NCBI RefSeq assembly: GCF_036321535.1
Contig: NC_087436.1
Coordinates: 14,694,001-14,758,000, forward strand
Reading direction: 5' to 3'
DNA: 64,000 nucleotides
Origin: Camelus dromedarius
Taxonomy: Eukaryota
The notes below the pieces were generated by a model. That model was given only the letters and a program-made list of their open reading frames with translations. It searched no databases and was not told the DNA's origin. Below, piece after piece: positions 14,013 through 27,900 of this stretch. Position numbers and translations under genes: made by a program. Each line of letters opens with the position of its first letter. Positions within the stretch are counted from its first letter, which is position 1.

Positions 14013-15289
14013 AAGTTAGAAAACTAAGTAACTTTTGCTGGTACCTGTACATACTGTTTCTGAGGGTAAGGATTAATTTAAGAGCCAGGTAGGAGAATTT
14101 TTAAAAAGATAATAGACTGTAGAATATAATTTCCAGAAGACCCAAGATGTACCTTTTCATAAAATTTTAGATTATCTTATTTTGCTTATGTTTTAAGTTA
14201 AAAGACATTGTGCTGACTTAATGTCTTAATTAAAAAGGTAAACATTTATTTTTAAAATTATGATACTGCTTTATACAGTGTTTAGGATCATTTCCCTAAC
14301 AAAAGTCAGAGAATATTAAAATGTAATAAGTCTAAATAGTATTGCTTTTTTTCCTGAAGAAACTTTCTTAGTACTTAAATAACTATAGGCACACAGTTTA
14401 CTTGTGATAAAGAATGTTAATGGGGAGGGTGGGAGTTAATTAACTAGACCCTTAATAATGGGCCTTTCTAGTCCAAAGAATCTTATAATTGCCTCTGAAG
14501 CTAGTTCTGTAGCAAGCAAGTTGCAAGGTGAAGTACCTAGATTTGTGTAGTAGTCATTCTAAGAAAAAGGTTGCCTTCAGGCCAACTTTGGAGCCTTTAT
14601 TATTATATAAAATACCTTTTTAATGATAAGCAGTACACATTGTGAAAATAATTTTGGAAGTAGAAGTCCAGTGCCTCTTGTTTACCTAAGATTAAATTAA
14701 CAAATAATTGTAAGACTCTCCAATGAGCAGTTTTTGGAGAAATAGAACCTTTCAGCCAAACTTTCTATACTCAGTGTTGGTTTGTTAATCATAAAAAGAT
14801 ATTCTCTTGATTAGTAAGGATTGATGAAGTGTGTGGTAATTTTCTTGAAAATTACGTTTTAAACGAATAGAATGGAAAAGCATAGGGAATATTTACATTA
14901 AATCTTAATATAAGAAATGTACAGGTTGAAATATAACTTATTACATAATTTCTGCAAATGCTGTATGCTCCAAACTGGTTTACTTTCTTGTAAATCGCCC
15001 CAAAGAATATTGAATTTCTCCCTTTGGAATTGCCCGTTTTGTACCATCCAAGCTACTTGAAAAATCTGATCAGTCTGTGCCAGGACTGCAGTAGGGTAAC
15101 AGTTAGGGGAAATAGACTGCTTTGCTTCTGTTGGGAGGACCATATGAAAATATATTCCATTTTCAAAATGCTTCTGAAAGGACTTACTTGTGGAAATGAC
15201 GCTGGCCATGTGAAAGTCTTCAAAAATGCAGGTTTTACAAAATGCAAAAATAACCTCCTGAAAGTTTGAAAGGGGAGAGAGGGGGCTGT

Positions 15290-15575
15290 CGTGTGGGGGC
15301 GGTCTCATTTGCTGCCCACATCCTCCCTCTGTTCAGCGCCTTGTGTGCTTAAGGGCTCCCTGGAGCGGATCACCATATAATTGATGTGCAGTCTGCATTG
15401 CTGAATCCTGGACTGCACCATTCTGTGTTCAAGGGAAGATGTAATCTGATCCCTCTGCTGCTGAGGGAGGAATCTGTTCAGTCAAGGCTTTGACAGGGCA
15501 CAGTCTCCTCCAATAATCTTCTCCGCTCTCTCTCATTATTCCCTCGAGTTCTCCTCAGTCAGGCTGCATGCATGT
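15290..15575 (+). promoter_or_regulatory. Fbw7-beta internal promoter / 5'UTR region
   Basis: GC box GGGGGCGG at 15295-15302 and TATAA at 15376-15380. Local GC rise immediately upstream of the beta ATG. The TSS cannot be fixed from sequence. Confidence 0.6.
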
Positions 15576-15836
15576 ATGTGCGTCCCGAGAAGCGGCTTGA
15601 TACTGAGCTGCATTTGCCTTTGCTGTGGAGTTTTGTTGCCGGTTCTGCTCCCTAATCTTCCTTTTCTGACGTGCCTGAGCATGTCCACATTAGAATCTGT
15701 GACATACCTACCTGAAAAAGGTTTATATTGTCAGAGACTGCCAAGCAGCCGGACACACGGGGGCACAGAATCACTGAAGGGGAAAAATCCAGAAAATATG
15801 GGTTTCTACGGCACACTAAAAATGATTTTTTACAAA
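15576..15836 (+). CDS. FBXW7: FBXW7 beta-specific first coding exon (87 aa, hydrophobic N-terminal membrane anchor)
   Basis: [38 protein letters not shown]...LKMIFYK, then donor AAA|GTAAGT at 15836/15837, phase 0. Confidence 0.96.
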
Positions 15837-15867
15837 GTAAGTAATCTGTTTTCTTCCTGTATTGTAT

Positions 15868-15912
<45 letters not shown>

Positions 15913-18900
15913 CCTGCCTGAGAAGGAAAATCTGTATCATCAGAGATGGCTGCAGTATCCTCTAATTTTGGTGGGTGGCTGGATGTCTGGTATTCTGTTT
16001 TAGATCGTGAATGTGAGGAAATAATGGAAAAGACAACGTGAGCTGTAAGAAGCTTTACATTGAAAATAAAATGTACATTTTAATCTGAGAATTTTTCTCT
16101 AAAAATATATTCAGACTTCAGAAACGTGGCTCCGTTAAATGCTGACCTGGAAATACTTTACCCTTAGTTAGCTTTTAGTGAACCTTTGCCTTTTATTTTT
16201 CTGTACCTTATATAAATGTTTTTCTTTTTTTCTTTCGTAGACTCTTTTAAAGCGTACAGTCACTAGAATATTGGGGATTTATATTTAAAGAGATTATATT
16301 TACTTTCTGCACCCCTTAAAAATTGCAGAATTAATTTTTGTTTCTAAAGTCAGTATTTGCAGTAAACAATGTAATATTTAAAAGATTTACATAGTCATAC
16401 AGAAAGTGCTTTATTTTATAAAATATTCTAAAGATAAAAATCCTTTCTCGGTGGTTCCCTTGATATGTATTTTGGGCATTTTTATATGCTGAAGGATTTC
16501 TAAGATGGAAATAAAGTTTGCTTTTAGTGGCAAATGGCATTTGCACCAATGTATTTACAAGCTATCCAGAGAAGTTCTGAAAGCCGGTATTACAAACTTA
16601 ATTGCAATGAATATCAAAGTTTCTTATAATAGTTTTGAAAATGAGAATCTGTGGAAGTTATAAAAAATAGATTTTTAGAGTAATATATACTGACCGACCT
16701 TCCTGATGGATACCTTTCTGTGGATGTACATGTGTGCCTATAATTTATACACATTCAAGCACGTGGTTACCTATGTATTAAAGTATTTATTTTTGCTTTT
16801 TAATAAAATTATTTGGAGAAAGAAAATAAGGGATTTTGAGAGGAATCACTTTAAAATAATGTAATGAGTACAGAAACTTCTGAAGGGTTGAAATAAGACT
16901 AGTTCCATCTCTTTCAGTAGGTACTTCATGAGCCAAGGTATTAATTGTGGAGGAGCTTGTCCTACCCTCACCTCTTGCCTCTAACGTTGGAAGATAATCC
17001 CTGTGTTTTAGAAGACTTTCTTCATGATGATAAAAGCACAATCTTTATTATCCAGAATGTGGTTCAAAAAGATTTTTAGAGTCGGGTTGGTTCTCTTTAG
17101 TATTTACAGTGTAGCATGCTAGTTATGATGTTCCATGTGAGGCAGTAGGTAAGAAAATAAGGCTGCTGCAAAGCTAGGGTTTTCACCTTTTTATAAAAAT
17201 GAGGAGAACTGTCTTTCACCCTGGGATTCCCTCCCCTCCGCCCCACCACTGCTGTCATTTTCAGTGATACAGTAATTAACTAGCAGATACAAACCTGAGA
17301 GGGGATGCTGAGATAGAAAAAGTTGAATCTTACCAGATCTGATTTTATAGTTTTGTAACATACATGTAGTTGGATGACCTCTATTAACCAATAGTGAAAT
17401 ATAAAGAATAAATATTTTAATATTGAAGATGACAAAATACAATTCTGAATATATTTACATATTACATATCTATGCAGCATAATGAAATACTTTAAAACTA
17501 CAGATATTAGGTATACCTTACAAAGATGCATAACTCATTCTTTTTCTATCTTTTTTGTTGTTGCTTTTCAAGTTAGAATATTTTGTCTTAAGTTAGTATC
17601 TGTCAGTAGAACTATATTCTGTCTAAATATCAGTTGATGACTTTTTTTCTACGTTTATTGTATCATCTCCACATTTCCCTCTTATTATGGATTTACTTTT
17701 TTTTAACTTTCCTCATTGCCCATATTCATTGCTTTATGCCTTATCATAATTACTTCTCAAGAGCATTTTGTTTACATTGTTCTTTTTACCCTTATATAAT
17801 AATGTGTTTTAAGTTGCTTCCATTCTGATTTTGAAATTTTTAATTTGTTGTTTCTTTTATCCTTCTTAAAATATGTTTTTAAAGGAAAATGAAAATCACT
17901 AAGGCACGTTAAATATGGTTCTCTTCTGTGTAGGTTAACATGACATGTTTCCCTATGTTGGTTCGTAAACTAGAAAGAAAATGGGGAAGGTACATTACTC
18001 TCAAAGAATGTATATGATGTCTGTCAACTTTTAAATCACCATATGCTGTTCTTCTGGACCAAATGTTGGGACTGGGGGTGGATTCACCTTTATAGTCTTA
18101 TAAAGAGTAAAACAAAGTAAAACTAATAGAAGAAACTATGAAACATTTATTTTCTATATGAATTAACTATGCCTAATTAACATTAGAGGCATATAAAAAT
18201 TTAAGAATTTTTTCAGTATTACTGATGCTAATGCTAAAATTTGATAGTTGGACAGGTGATTCTTTTTAAATATATCTCATTTGTTTTACCTTATAGATGA
18301 AAAGAAAGTTGGACCATGGTTCTGAGGTCCGCTCTTTTTCTTTGGGAAAGAAACCATGCAAAGTCTCAGAATATACAAGGTAATACTAAGTATAATGATT
18401 GATTCTCTCATGATTCTCATGTCTCTTAAAAGAGTTGATGATTCTAAAAGCCTTTCTTTCAGTTTATTCTCATAGAGTTATAATGTCTCTAGTACTGTTG
18501 ACTGCTTAACACATTTTGCGATCACTGAAAATTGGGAAACATTATCAACCTAAATAGAGAAGAATGACTACCACCATGGCTTTATATTTTGTTGCTGATA
18601 CATCGAAGTAAGATATAGGCAGAAGTCCTCCTATCAGCAAAATTTTTAAATCCCAATTTTTAAGGAATTCTAAAAAGTAAATCCTAAAATATGCATATGA
18701 GCAAATGTATCTTGTTACTATAGCAACAGCTATTCTAGGATGGAGAGTTATATTTGCAAAACTGAAGACACATTTATTAACAGTGAAATAGACCCCACGA
18801 TTACTAACTAAATCTTATTTCATGAAATTGCTGTGTTAGAAACCCCCTTTTATTTGCTTGGTAAGTCTTATGTTTTTAGCACATACATTTCTACACCAGT

Positions 18901-21900
18901 AGAATAGTTTCCATAACAACTAACTACAATTGTAGTCTTGTTTCCTGCACCATTCCATCATTTTTGGATTTTGCATCAGTATAAAACTTTTCCCACTCTC
19001 ACGCTAATTAGGCTAACTTAAGCACAATATCTGTTACCCAGCCAATTAAAAATGGCTTTGTATGTCATTTGGAATGTGGTATTTTAAAATTTAAATGACA
19101 AAAGCATCTTAAGGGCTTTTGGGGGGTCTTTTTACATAATTGTCACTTCTTCAGATGACCGATTGAAAGTTAGATATAGAAGCCATAAGAACTTCATCAT
19201 GGTGATATTTCTCTTTTTCCCCTGAATATTTTGCTGTAGAGTTATTTTTATTCTGTAAGATGCAGTAAAATTAACGTTGCTCAGACATACGTTTTTGCGA
19301 TTGAACATTGCTACGGATTGCATCTCTTTTTTCCAGGGAAACGGTGTATGTATTTTTAGTTCATTCAGTTGTGGAAAATATTTCTTTCAGATGCTCTTTT
19401 GTGACCTTCAGAAATCATAATAATTAGAATAGTTTTATATACAAAAAGTTCAGAAATGATACAGAAGAGAAAAATAAAGCTATGTCGGTTATGCAGGAAA
19501 TGTTTTTTGTGTGATTTACCCATGTTAACTGCCCCCCTCCCTCTTACTTACCCTTTGCTTTTTAACAATGTCACTGTGTTTTGGCACTGCCACCAGAGGG
19601 TGTAGAATGAGAGAAAGACAAGTGAAACTACTCACTTCATTTTTGCTTTTTTCTTCTAGTCTTGATAAACTATTTCTTGGATGAGAAAGTTGAGTTTAAT
19701 GTTTAAAATGAAATTTTTTTTACTGTATAGATTTCAGTCAGTCATATAAATTTGGTCTTCTATTGATGCAGCTAGTACCCGGGCAAAAGTCTTAAATGGT
19801 TCAGTTGTTCTTAAGGTAGTTTATTAATGAAAAATGAATTTTTAAAGCAGAACACATTTTAGTAAAATTTGTCTTTAGTTGCTCGCTTTTTATATTGAGA
19901 AAGCACCTGCAAAAGTGAAACTTTTATTTTTAGCTTTTTAAAATACAATTTTCTTAAAGCAAACCAAACAGCATATTGATTTCCATGTCTTTTTAGACAC
20001 TTTGTCAGTATATATTTGATATTTTTCAGTTTTGTTGAAAGATTTTCTAATAATAAGATGAAACCATGACTTTTTCATCATTTTTATTAGAAAATGTAAG
20101 TTATAATCACATTTCATTTTAGAGAAGAAAATAGAGCTTACTTTTGAAATTTGATAGAAGAAAAAATAGATTTAATTGTTGAATGTTACAGACCATCTTA
20201 GATGTATAATGTTGAAAGATTTAAAGGTGGTAGATAGGAAGATTTTTCTGTAAAATTTGGTGACTGAGATGCATTTTCTAGCAAAATAATGAGAAACGCT
20301 GGATAGAAAAGAATTGGAGTTGTTTCATTAGTAATTTTTCAGAGCTTGATAGTCAACTGTTAGGATACAGTTTATATGTTCTCTGAATTTAAAGCACTTT
20401 ATTATCATAGCTCAATAAACTGAAAATTATTTTACAAATGTGATTTTGTTAACTGAATCTTCCTGCTCCTTTTCCCCCACGTAACTAAAATAGAGATGTT
20501 CATTATTTACCTTGAGTTTAAATAATTAAATTAGGCATTGAGATTAGAAAGTAGAACGTTTAATATATTAATAACATAGTTCTAACTACTTTTTCTGCTA
20601 TTAGTCATTTTTAGGAGAGTTGGACAATTTTAAAGATAGATCATCTCTTATTTTACTAGTGGCAAAATTAATTGAATTTCAGGTTTATGGTTTGTTTTTT
20701 TTTAACTGTCTCAAAGTTTAAATTATTGGATAAAAGTATTTGATGATCTCATTTAATTTTGCATATAATATAAGTTCTCACTACTTACCTGTTTGAGTAA
20801 ATACATTTCTAATCAAAGCTTTTTCCTGTCAAATATTATCAAGTATTATCTATACTAGCTTTAAAATAACAATAGAAAATTGGACAGAAATACACAAATA
20901 CTACAAATTATTTAGAAGGCATCTGAGGCAACTTAATGACTGATAAGACTGGTGAAATGTCTAAAACATTTGACCATACTACTTCTACATATTAATTTTT
21001 TTAAAACATTAATAAGTCTCACACTCCTTTTCGTAGAAAAAATTAAAACTTTTGTTTAATTGTGTCACTGGAGACCAGTCATAAGAGAAGTAAAATCTAA
21101 ATCTTCTAAGGAAATGTTTTAACATCATTTGTATGTTATCAACAACTTTCAGTTTGCCATAGAGATTTTGTCATTTGGTTGCAGTTAGCTTTGCTCGGAT
21201 AAAAACAGGTGGTTATGTAGGAGGGAGGAAAGTTGCTCTAAGAATAGCAGATTAGGTTTTGTGTGTCCTTGCTCTCTGGGAATAAGCAAATGAAAATAAT
21301 AATTTGATTGATGTTTGAGATATGCTATATCATCCCATTCTTATTGTATTAGAGCCCATTATTCTTAATAAATATCTATGTTTGCTTCTACTCTTGTATT
21401 TTCTGTAGTACCACTGGGCTTGTACCATGTTCAGCAACACCAACAACTTTTGGAGACCTGAGAGCAGCCAATGGCCAAGGACAACAACGACGCCGAATTA
21501 CGTCTGTCCAACCACCCACAGGCCTCCAGGAATGGCTGAAAATGTTTCAGGTGACATGTCTAAACACAGTACTTGAAATGTTCACTTAATTGCTGCAAAA
21601 AATAAAGGATTATTCAGCCATGAAAAGGAGCTATTATGTGCTACACATGGATGAACCTCGAAAACATTATGCTAAGTGAAAGAAGCCAGACACAAAAAGC
21701 CACATAATGTATGATTATGTGAAATACCCGGAACAGGCAAATCCATAGAGACAGGAAGCAGATAAGTGATTGCTAGATGATGCTGGGAGGGCTGTTTGGG
21801 ACTAACTGCCTGTAGGTGCGGGGTTTCTTTTAGGAGTGATGTTAGTGTTTTGGAGTTGGATAGTGGCGATGGTTGCACAGCAAGATGGGTGTGCTGGGAA

Positions 21901-24900
21901 CTGTTGAACATTTAAACGGTGGATTTTATGTTATGTGAAGTATGTCTCAATAAAAAATGCTGTTAAAAATAAGGGAACACACTTTAATTTTTAGGTGTAT
22001 TAATCAAGAGGGTCCAGTGCTTGTTTTGTGTAAGTGTGCATTTGCATTTTTTATTGCTTTTTAGATAATAAGACCTTTCTTCTTTTCCTCCTATGTGTTT
22101 GGGTTTCTGGGATTCCTGAATGTACTTGTTTCCTAAACTGCATTGTTTGGAAGTTAAGCATTTAGTAGTAGCTAAATTCTTTAGTAGTAAGAATTACACT
22201 AGTCACTCGTGGTAACTTATCCATCACTATTACCCTCGTAGCCTCTAAGAGTTGATTGCAGCTTCTTTTCATCTGTGCTGTGCTTGGGTGTGGCTTATTG
22301 TGCTCAAATTCTGATGACTGTATTTTACTAGCATTTAAATTTTTGGAAGTTTACCGGGAAGATTGGCTACAACCAAACCTTGACTCTTACAAATTTCTTA
22401 ACTCATGATAGTGACATTTAATTGATTTATCACTTCTTCTAGTGAGATAATGCATAGAAATCAAGTATTTAGCAAATAGTTGTCATGGGTTAAACATTTG
22501 GTTACTTATTCCTTGTAAAAAGTAAATAATATAAATTACGTTAAGTGAAGGTATCTCTGATACTAGCCACCGTACTAATGTAAAATGAATATATTTCTTT
22601 ACCTCTGGCTGCTCCATTGGTAGTATTTTATGAATACATAGGGAATAATGGTTGAAGAAGATACTTTATTGATTTTATTTGATATTTCAGATTTTTAAGG
22701 TGTCCATTCGTCTAAATCTCAATATTTTAAATACCTGGGCAAAAACTGAATGTCCCAGTTTTTTTCTTCTGTGGCTGGAAAACTCACTTGGAGCAATCTT
22801 TCTTTAAAATGGATTTTTAAAATTGTTTTCTACCCTTCAGGTGACTTCAGAGAAACTAGGATAACCTTTTTTGAGAGGAGTTGGTAATTGAGAGATCAGA
22901 GCAGTGGTTCCTGGTAGGGGGTAAATTTTCCCTTGGCTGAAACATTTTTATTTGTTACAGCTGAGGGGGTGGGGGCCAGACACTGCTGGCATCTGATGAG
23001 AAGAGCCGATGTGAAGAACAGCCTCCCACAACACAGAGCTATCCAGCCCAAAATATCAGTTGTGCTCAGACTGAGAATCTATACCGTACAAGCCTGGAAG
23101 CTGTACTTTACTGTTAATTATAATGTCATGAACCACTACAGTTAAAAAGAGTTTTTTGTTTTGTTTTCATAGTCATTTGTTAATTATACTTACCTTTCCT
23201 TAAGGATTATTCCCCTTCCTCACCCTAGTTCTTTTATCGCAGGTTCATGATTTTTTTTTTCATTTTAATTTTTTCCTGTGTATGCCCTCAGAATTCTAAG
23301 TTTTGTGTCACATCTAAGAGATGTATCCCATCAATAAGAGGTGAAAGAAGAACTCAGACATTTACAGTCTTAAAAAATGCTTTAAAGAGTTTTTACCATC
23401 TCTGATTCAGCCAAGAAGATGGGAGTATGGGTGTGTGTTGTCATGTTTACACACGCATACAGTGTGAGCAACACAGCACTTGGGAGTGTGCAGAGGCCAC
23501 TTTCATATCATTTTTATAGGCAAGTACCTGCATGATGGAAAATTACACTATCAGTAGTAGTCTTACCATCATTGTAGACAGCCTCCAAAATGTTTATGTT
23601 ATATGAAATGTTTTGCTTCTTATTGGAAGGTAGCCTAGAGTGAGATTTATTTAGTATGTGATATGGGTCTATTTTTTCCAATGTTTTAGAGTTCCAGAAT
23701 ATTCTTTGCTAGTCATTTAAGTTCTTTACCCATTTTAGGAGAACTCTTACAAATACTGATCTATAGTGGAGGGCATTTGTGCTTTATTTTGCCATGAGGG
23801 TGTTTTAGCGGGTCCTGTGTACAGTGTTTGCTTGTTTAGCTCATTCACACTTCCCTTAATGAAATGTCCTCATGATACACATACTGTGTATCATCAGTCT
23901 CATGTACCGTAGATTACTAGATGCATCCTAACTTCAGAATGTAAATTGTAAAAAAAAAAAAAAGTGTGTCTTAGAATTAATGAGATTCAGTAAACTAAAG
24001 AATATTAGGCTAGCTTTTGTCCTGCAGAAAGGCCCATTTGATCACTTTTCATTTGAGAAGTAGATGCAGTGAAGAAAACGTGTTCTTAGCTAATAGGAAT
24101 ACCATGTACAGTTATCCCTACAGGTATAGTACTATATATATATTTTTTTTCACATAAATATTCTGTAGCAAAGAAATTTACTTGCAACAGAAGTCCAACT
24201 ATATGGGTAGGTCGAGACCTTAATCCTTTTGAGTACCATGTCTGCCTCGACACACCCAGGGCCTCATTGTGGTGCACCGCCCTTTATTTTCAGAGCTGGT
24301 GCCAAAGTAACTAGAAATGAATCACTTGCCTAAAGGCTTACAATGCTTTAACACTTAACTTGTAGAGAGAGATAATTTCATAATAAAGTGAGGGAATCGT
24401 GAGTTGACCTATGTGGTATAGTTGAGGGATAATTAAACTGGCATGATTTCTGCAGATATGCTGTGGGGGCATTTAATGATGACTTTTCTGTTGCATAACA
24501 AGCGAAATGGGAGAGCTTGTCCCCTTACTGTTCTGCTATTGCTCCTAAGACGGTGATACAGCATTGTTTTGGTCCAGCTCCATCTATTCTGACAAAGTAC
24601 TCTGTACTCAATTTATAAATTGAATGAGAACAAATGATACACCATTTTAGATAAAGGGAAATTGAAACAGAATGCCACTCCAAAATAGAAGTGCAAATTA
24701 AAAACAAAACTGAAAAAAGAAACCCAACGGAAATTTTGTACTGTTTGAATTTTCAGTTGCCATTGGTTCTTTTTTTGGCAACCAGATTTGATGCTTCAGC
24801 TTGTTAATTTTGGGGGAGATGATTGGTCATTTTTTTTTTGTCTCGTTGGGTATTAATACATAGTTTTTCACTTGCAAATAGTTTTTCACTTGCAAATACT

Positions 24901-27900
24901 AGTAAACTTTCACTTCACTAGGTAAAGACACCAATAACATTAACAGTCTCTGATGTTGAAATTAATATTCAGAGGCATCCTGTTATAATGAGAAGCACTT
25001 TGACTTAGAAGAAAAAGCTTTTAGTACAAATCCTGGCCTTACCTCTTAACACTTGGGTGATTTTGTTGATATTATGTAACTACTCTTGCCTTTATTCTTC
25101 GCCTCTATAAAATAGATATAACACTAAAAAGTTGTCAAAAGGGAGAAGACATGTAAATGTGCTTAAAGCTATTCTTGGAAATACAGTGGAAACTCAGTAA
25201 ATGTTAGTTTCCTCTCCTAGTCAAGAAATAGCCTTTATGAGCCTCAGTTTTCTCAGGTGTAAAAAAAAAAGGCTATTAACATGAGCTTCATATAAATGTC
25301 ATCAGATTAATATTATTAGCATTATTTTAATCAAAACATATTTGTATTGTATTAAATGAATGTATTTTGAAAATACCTGTTATACTCACAATATTCTTTT
25401 ATTATTTTTTCCCATAATATTTTTTAAATGATAAAGTAGAAAATACTGTGTTTTGAAATTAAAAGTGGAGTAAAAGCTACTCTTGTGAAAGACTTAAGTT
25501 TTCTGGTAACACTTAGAAATTGTACATGTTTTCTAAGATATTTGGATCTCTTTTATTTGCTAGTCAACAAAATACTAAAATAGGATAGTGCCAAAAGAAA
25601 ATGAATTCAGTATTACTTTGCCATTGTATTTGAAACGCTATGATTAAGAGGCTCTGTTGTATGAGGAAGAGTTGAAGAAAGTCATATATTTAGCCAAAGA
25701 AAAGTAAGGGAAAATGTTTCTGCCTGACATTTTGAAGACTTCTCTATAAGAGTCAGACTGATTCTTGGTTTCTTCAGAAAACAAAACTTGGATCATATTA
25801 TTCTTTGAGTTGGACTTTGTTGTTAAGTTGAACTTAACAATGAGAACTGACCCAGAGTAGAATGGGAGATAGTAAGTACTCCAAACCTGGAGCTGTTCAA
25901 ACAGACTGGCTCCCCATGTCCTGGAGGTACTAGAGAAGTGAGTTCTTGACCACATGAAATTCAGGTGCTATACTGCCTGAAGTCATAAAATATTTATCTG
26001 AACAGAATACTAAGAATCATTCAGACTAGTACGCCGTTGATGGTTTGTGAGTCACCTGCGTCAGTACTGGCTGAGTTGGTTATTTAAAACATACAGTGTC
26101 CTCAGCCCCACCTTGACCACTGAGTCAGACTCTTTGATGGTGGGTTATAGGACTCCAGGATGCTTGCACCATTCAACCAGCATTTGAGAACCGCTGGTCT
26201 GGCCAAGCCCCTCATTATACAGGTCGGGTCTCTGGGATGCAGACTAATAAGGGGCTTCCATGCAGTTGCGCACTGAGTTCACGGGTGGAACCTAGGCCCC
26301 TGATTACAGCTCAGGCCTCCTCCTGCTCTTCTCTGCTGCCTGTATTCTCTAATTACCTGAAAGAAAACAGCACTTTCATGGGGAATTTTCAAGTTTGCAT
26401 TTGCAATTTTGTCCACAAATTAAATTTTGTTTATCTGGATCCTTTCTGAATTTGGAATATTTTTCCTACCCACTTCCATGTATCCCCACATAACTTTACC
26501 ATGAAAGACCAAAGGGAAATGCTCTTTTCGTTTCCAGAACAGCTATTTTCAGAGCAGAAATAAAATAATTAGGATCAGAATTTCCAACACTTTTTCAGAT
26601 AAAGAAACTAAGGCCTGCAGAGATTAAACTGTAACCTAATTAATGGCAGTATCTCCTCCAAAAGTTAGCTTTCCTGATCCCCAGTTCAGTATTCTTTCCA
26701 CTAGTCCTCATTAAAGACTGGTGTGGGTTGTTGTCATTTTATTTTAATATAGTCATTAGCTACAAGGTTTTCAAGTTAATACGTCCTTCCCTTGCTGCTA
26801 AACCATGTATGTATGCAAAACTGGGAATCAGTCTTGGAACCAGACTAAGCAAGCAGATCCTAGTTGATACCATCAAATATAAAGAATAGAAACTCTCTCT
26901 AGAAGGAGTTTTGAGATAGTGTCAGTATAGTATTTCCTGGCTCTTTGAGGATTCATTCATTTATTCAGCAAATATTTACTGAGCATCTTTAAGATGCTAG
27001 GCCCTAAATTTGGATCTGGGATACAGTAATAAACAAAACAGACCAAAAAAACCCTTATTTTGGAGCACTTAGTTCTAGTCAGGAGAGGAATTGGGTGGGG
27101 GGATTTCACACGGATTTGCAGTCTTAGAATGGTCGCCTGGAGAAGATCTCAGAGACGGAAGTAAGGAAGCAAAGCATGTGGATATCTCAGGACAGAATGG
27201 TCCAGGGAACAGCAAGTGAGAAGATGCTCTGAAGCAGAGCTTGCTGGCTGTGTTTGAGACACAGAAAGTATCTGGGGCTAAAGTAGAGTAAACAAGGGAG
27301 AGGAGTAGGAAATTAGAACCTTGTAGGCCAACCTGAAGGCTTTGTCTTTTACTTGGAGTGAAGTGGGAAGCCCCTGGAGGGTTTCAAGCGGAAGAGGGAG
27401 TGACTCCTGGCCCTATCACTCTGACTAGTTTGTGGAGAAGAGAACTAGGAGGATTAAGGTGGGAAGCTGGGAGACCCTGTAAGAGGTTATAGGAATAATC
27501 CAGGCGAGAGATAATAGTAGCTTAGGCCCGTTACTAATAGATTCTAGATATATTTTGAGTTTTAAGGCCTTAGATTTCCCTGATGGATCAGAACTCTCTG
27601 ATGGTGAGAGTGGAGGAGTTAGGGATGACTCCAGTTTTGGGCCTGAACAAAGCAATACAATAAGAGTTACATTTTACAGAAATAGGAAAGACTGTGGATG
27701 TGCATATTTGAAGAGAAAGATTGTAGACATAGTAGCTTTCTGTTACATACACAATTTTATATACAGGTCTGGAGTTCAGGGATGAAATCCAGGCTGGAGA
27801 GAAATGTGGTCCAGACCTTAGTTGGAACCATATAAGAGACGTGATTTTAAGTAATTGGACTGTTGAATATGTATGGTCCGTGAAAATAGTCTCGTCAACT

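Noticed and set aside
14898..15308. 136-aa minus-strand ORF and overlapping ORFs near the beta promoter
   Set aside because: No recognisable domain or splice structure; length is compatible with chance.
1..15575. FBXW7 alpha and gamma first exons
   Set aside because: I found no sequence matching the alpha (acidic MNQELL...) or gamma (MSKPGKP...) N-termini; they presumably lie upstream of the window.
23872..23894. 10-bp perfect hairpin (also an 11-bp AT-rich one at 54543-54570)
   Set aside because: Too short for a pre-miRNA; short AT-rich hairpins are common in intronic DNA.
24860..24898. 18-bp tandem duplication (also short duplications at 29091-29143 and 51002-51026)
   Set aside because: Ordinary slippage duplications with no spacer structure or evident function.
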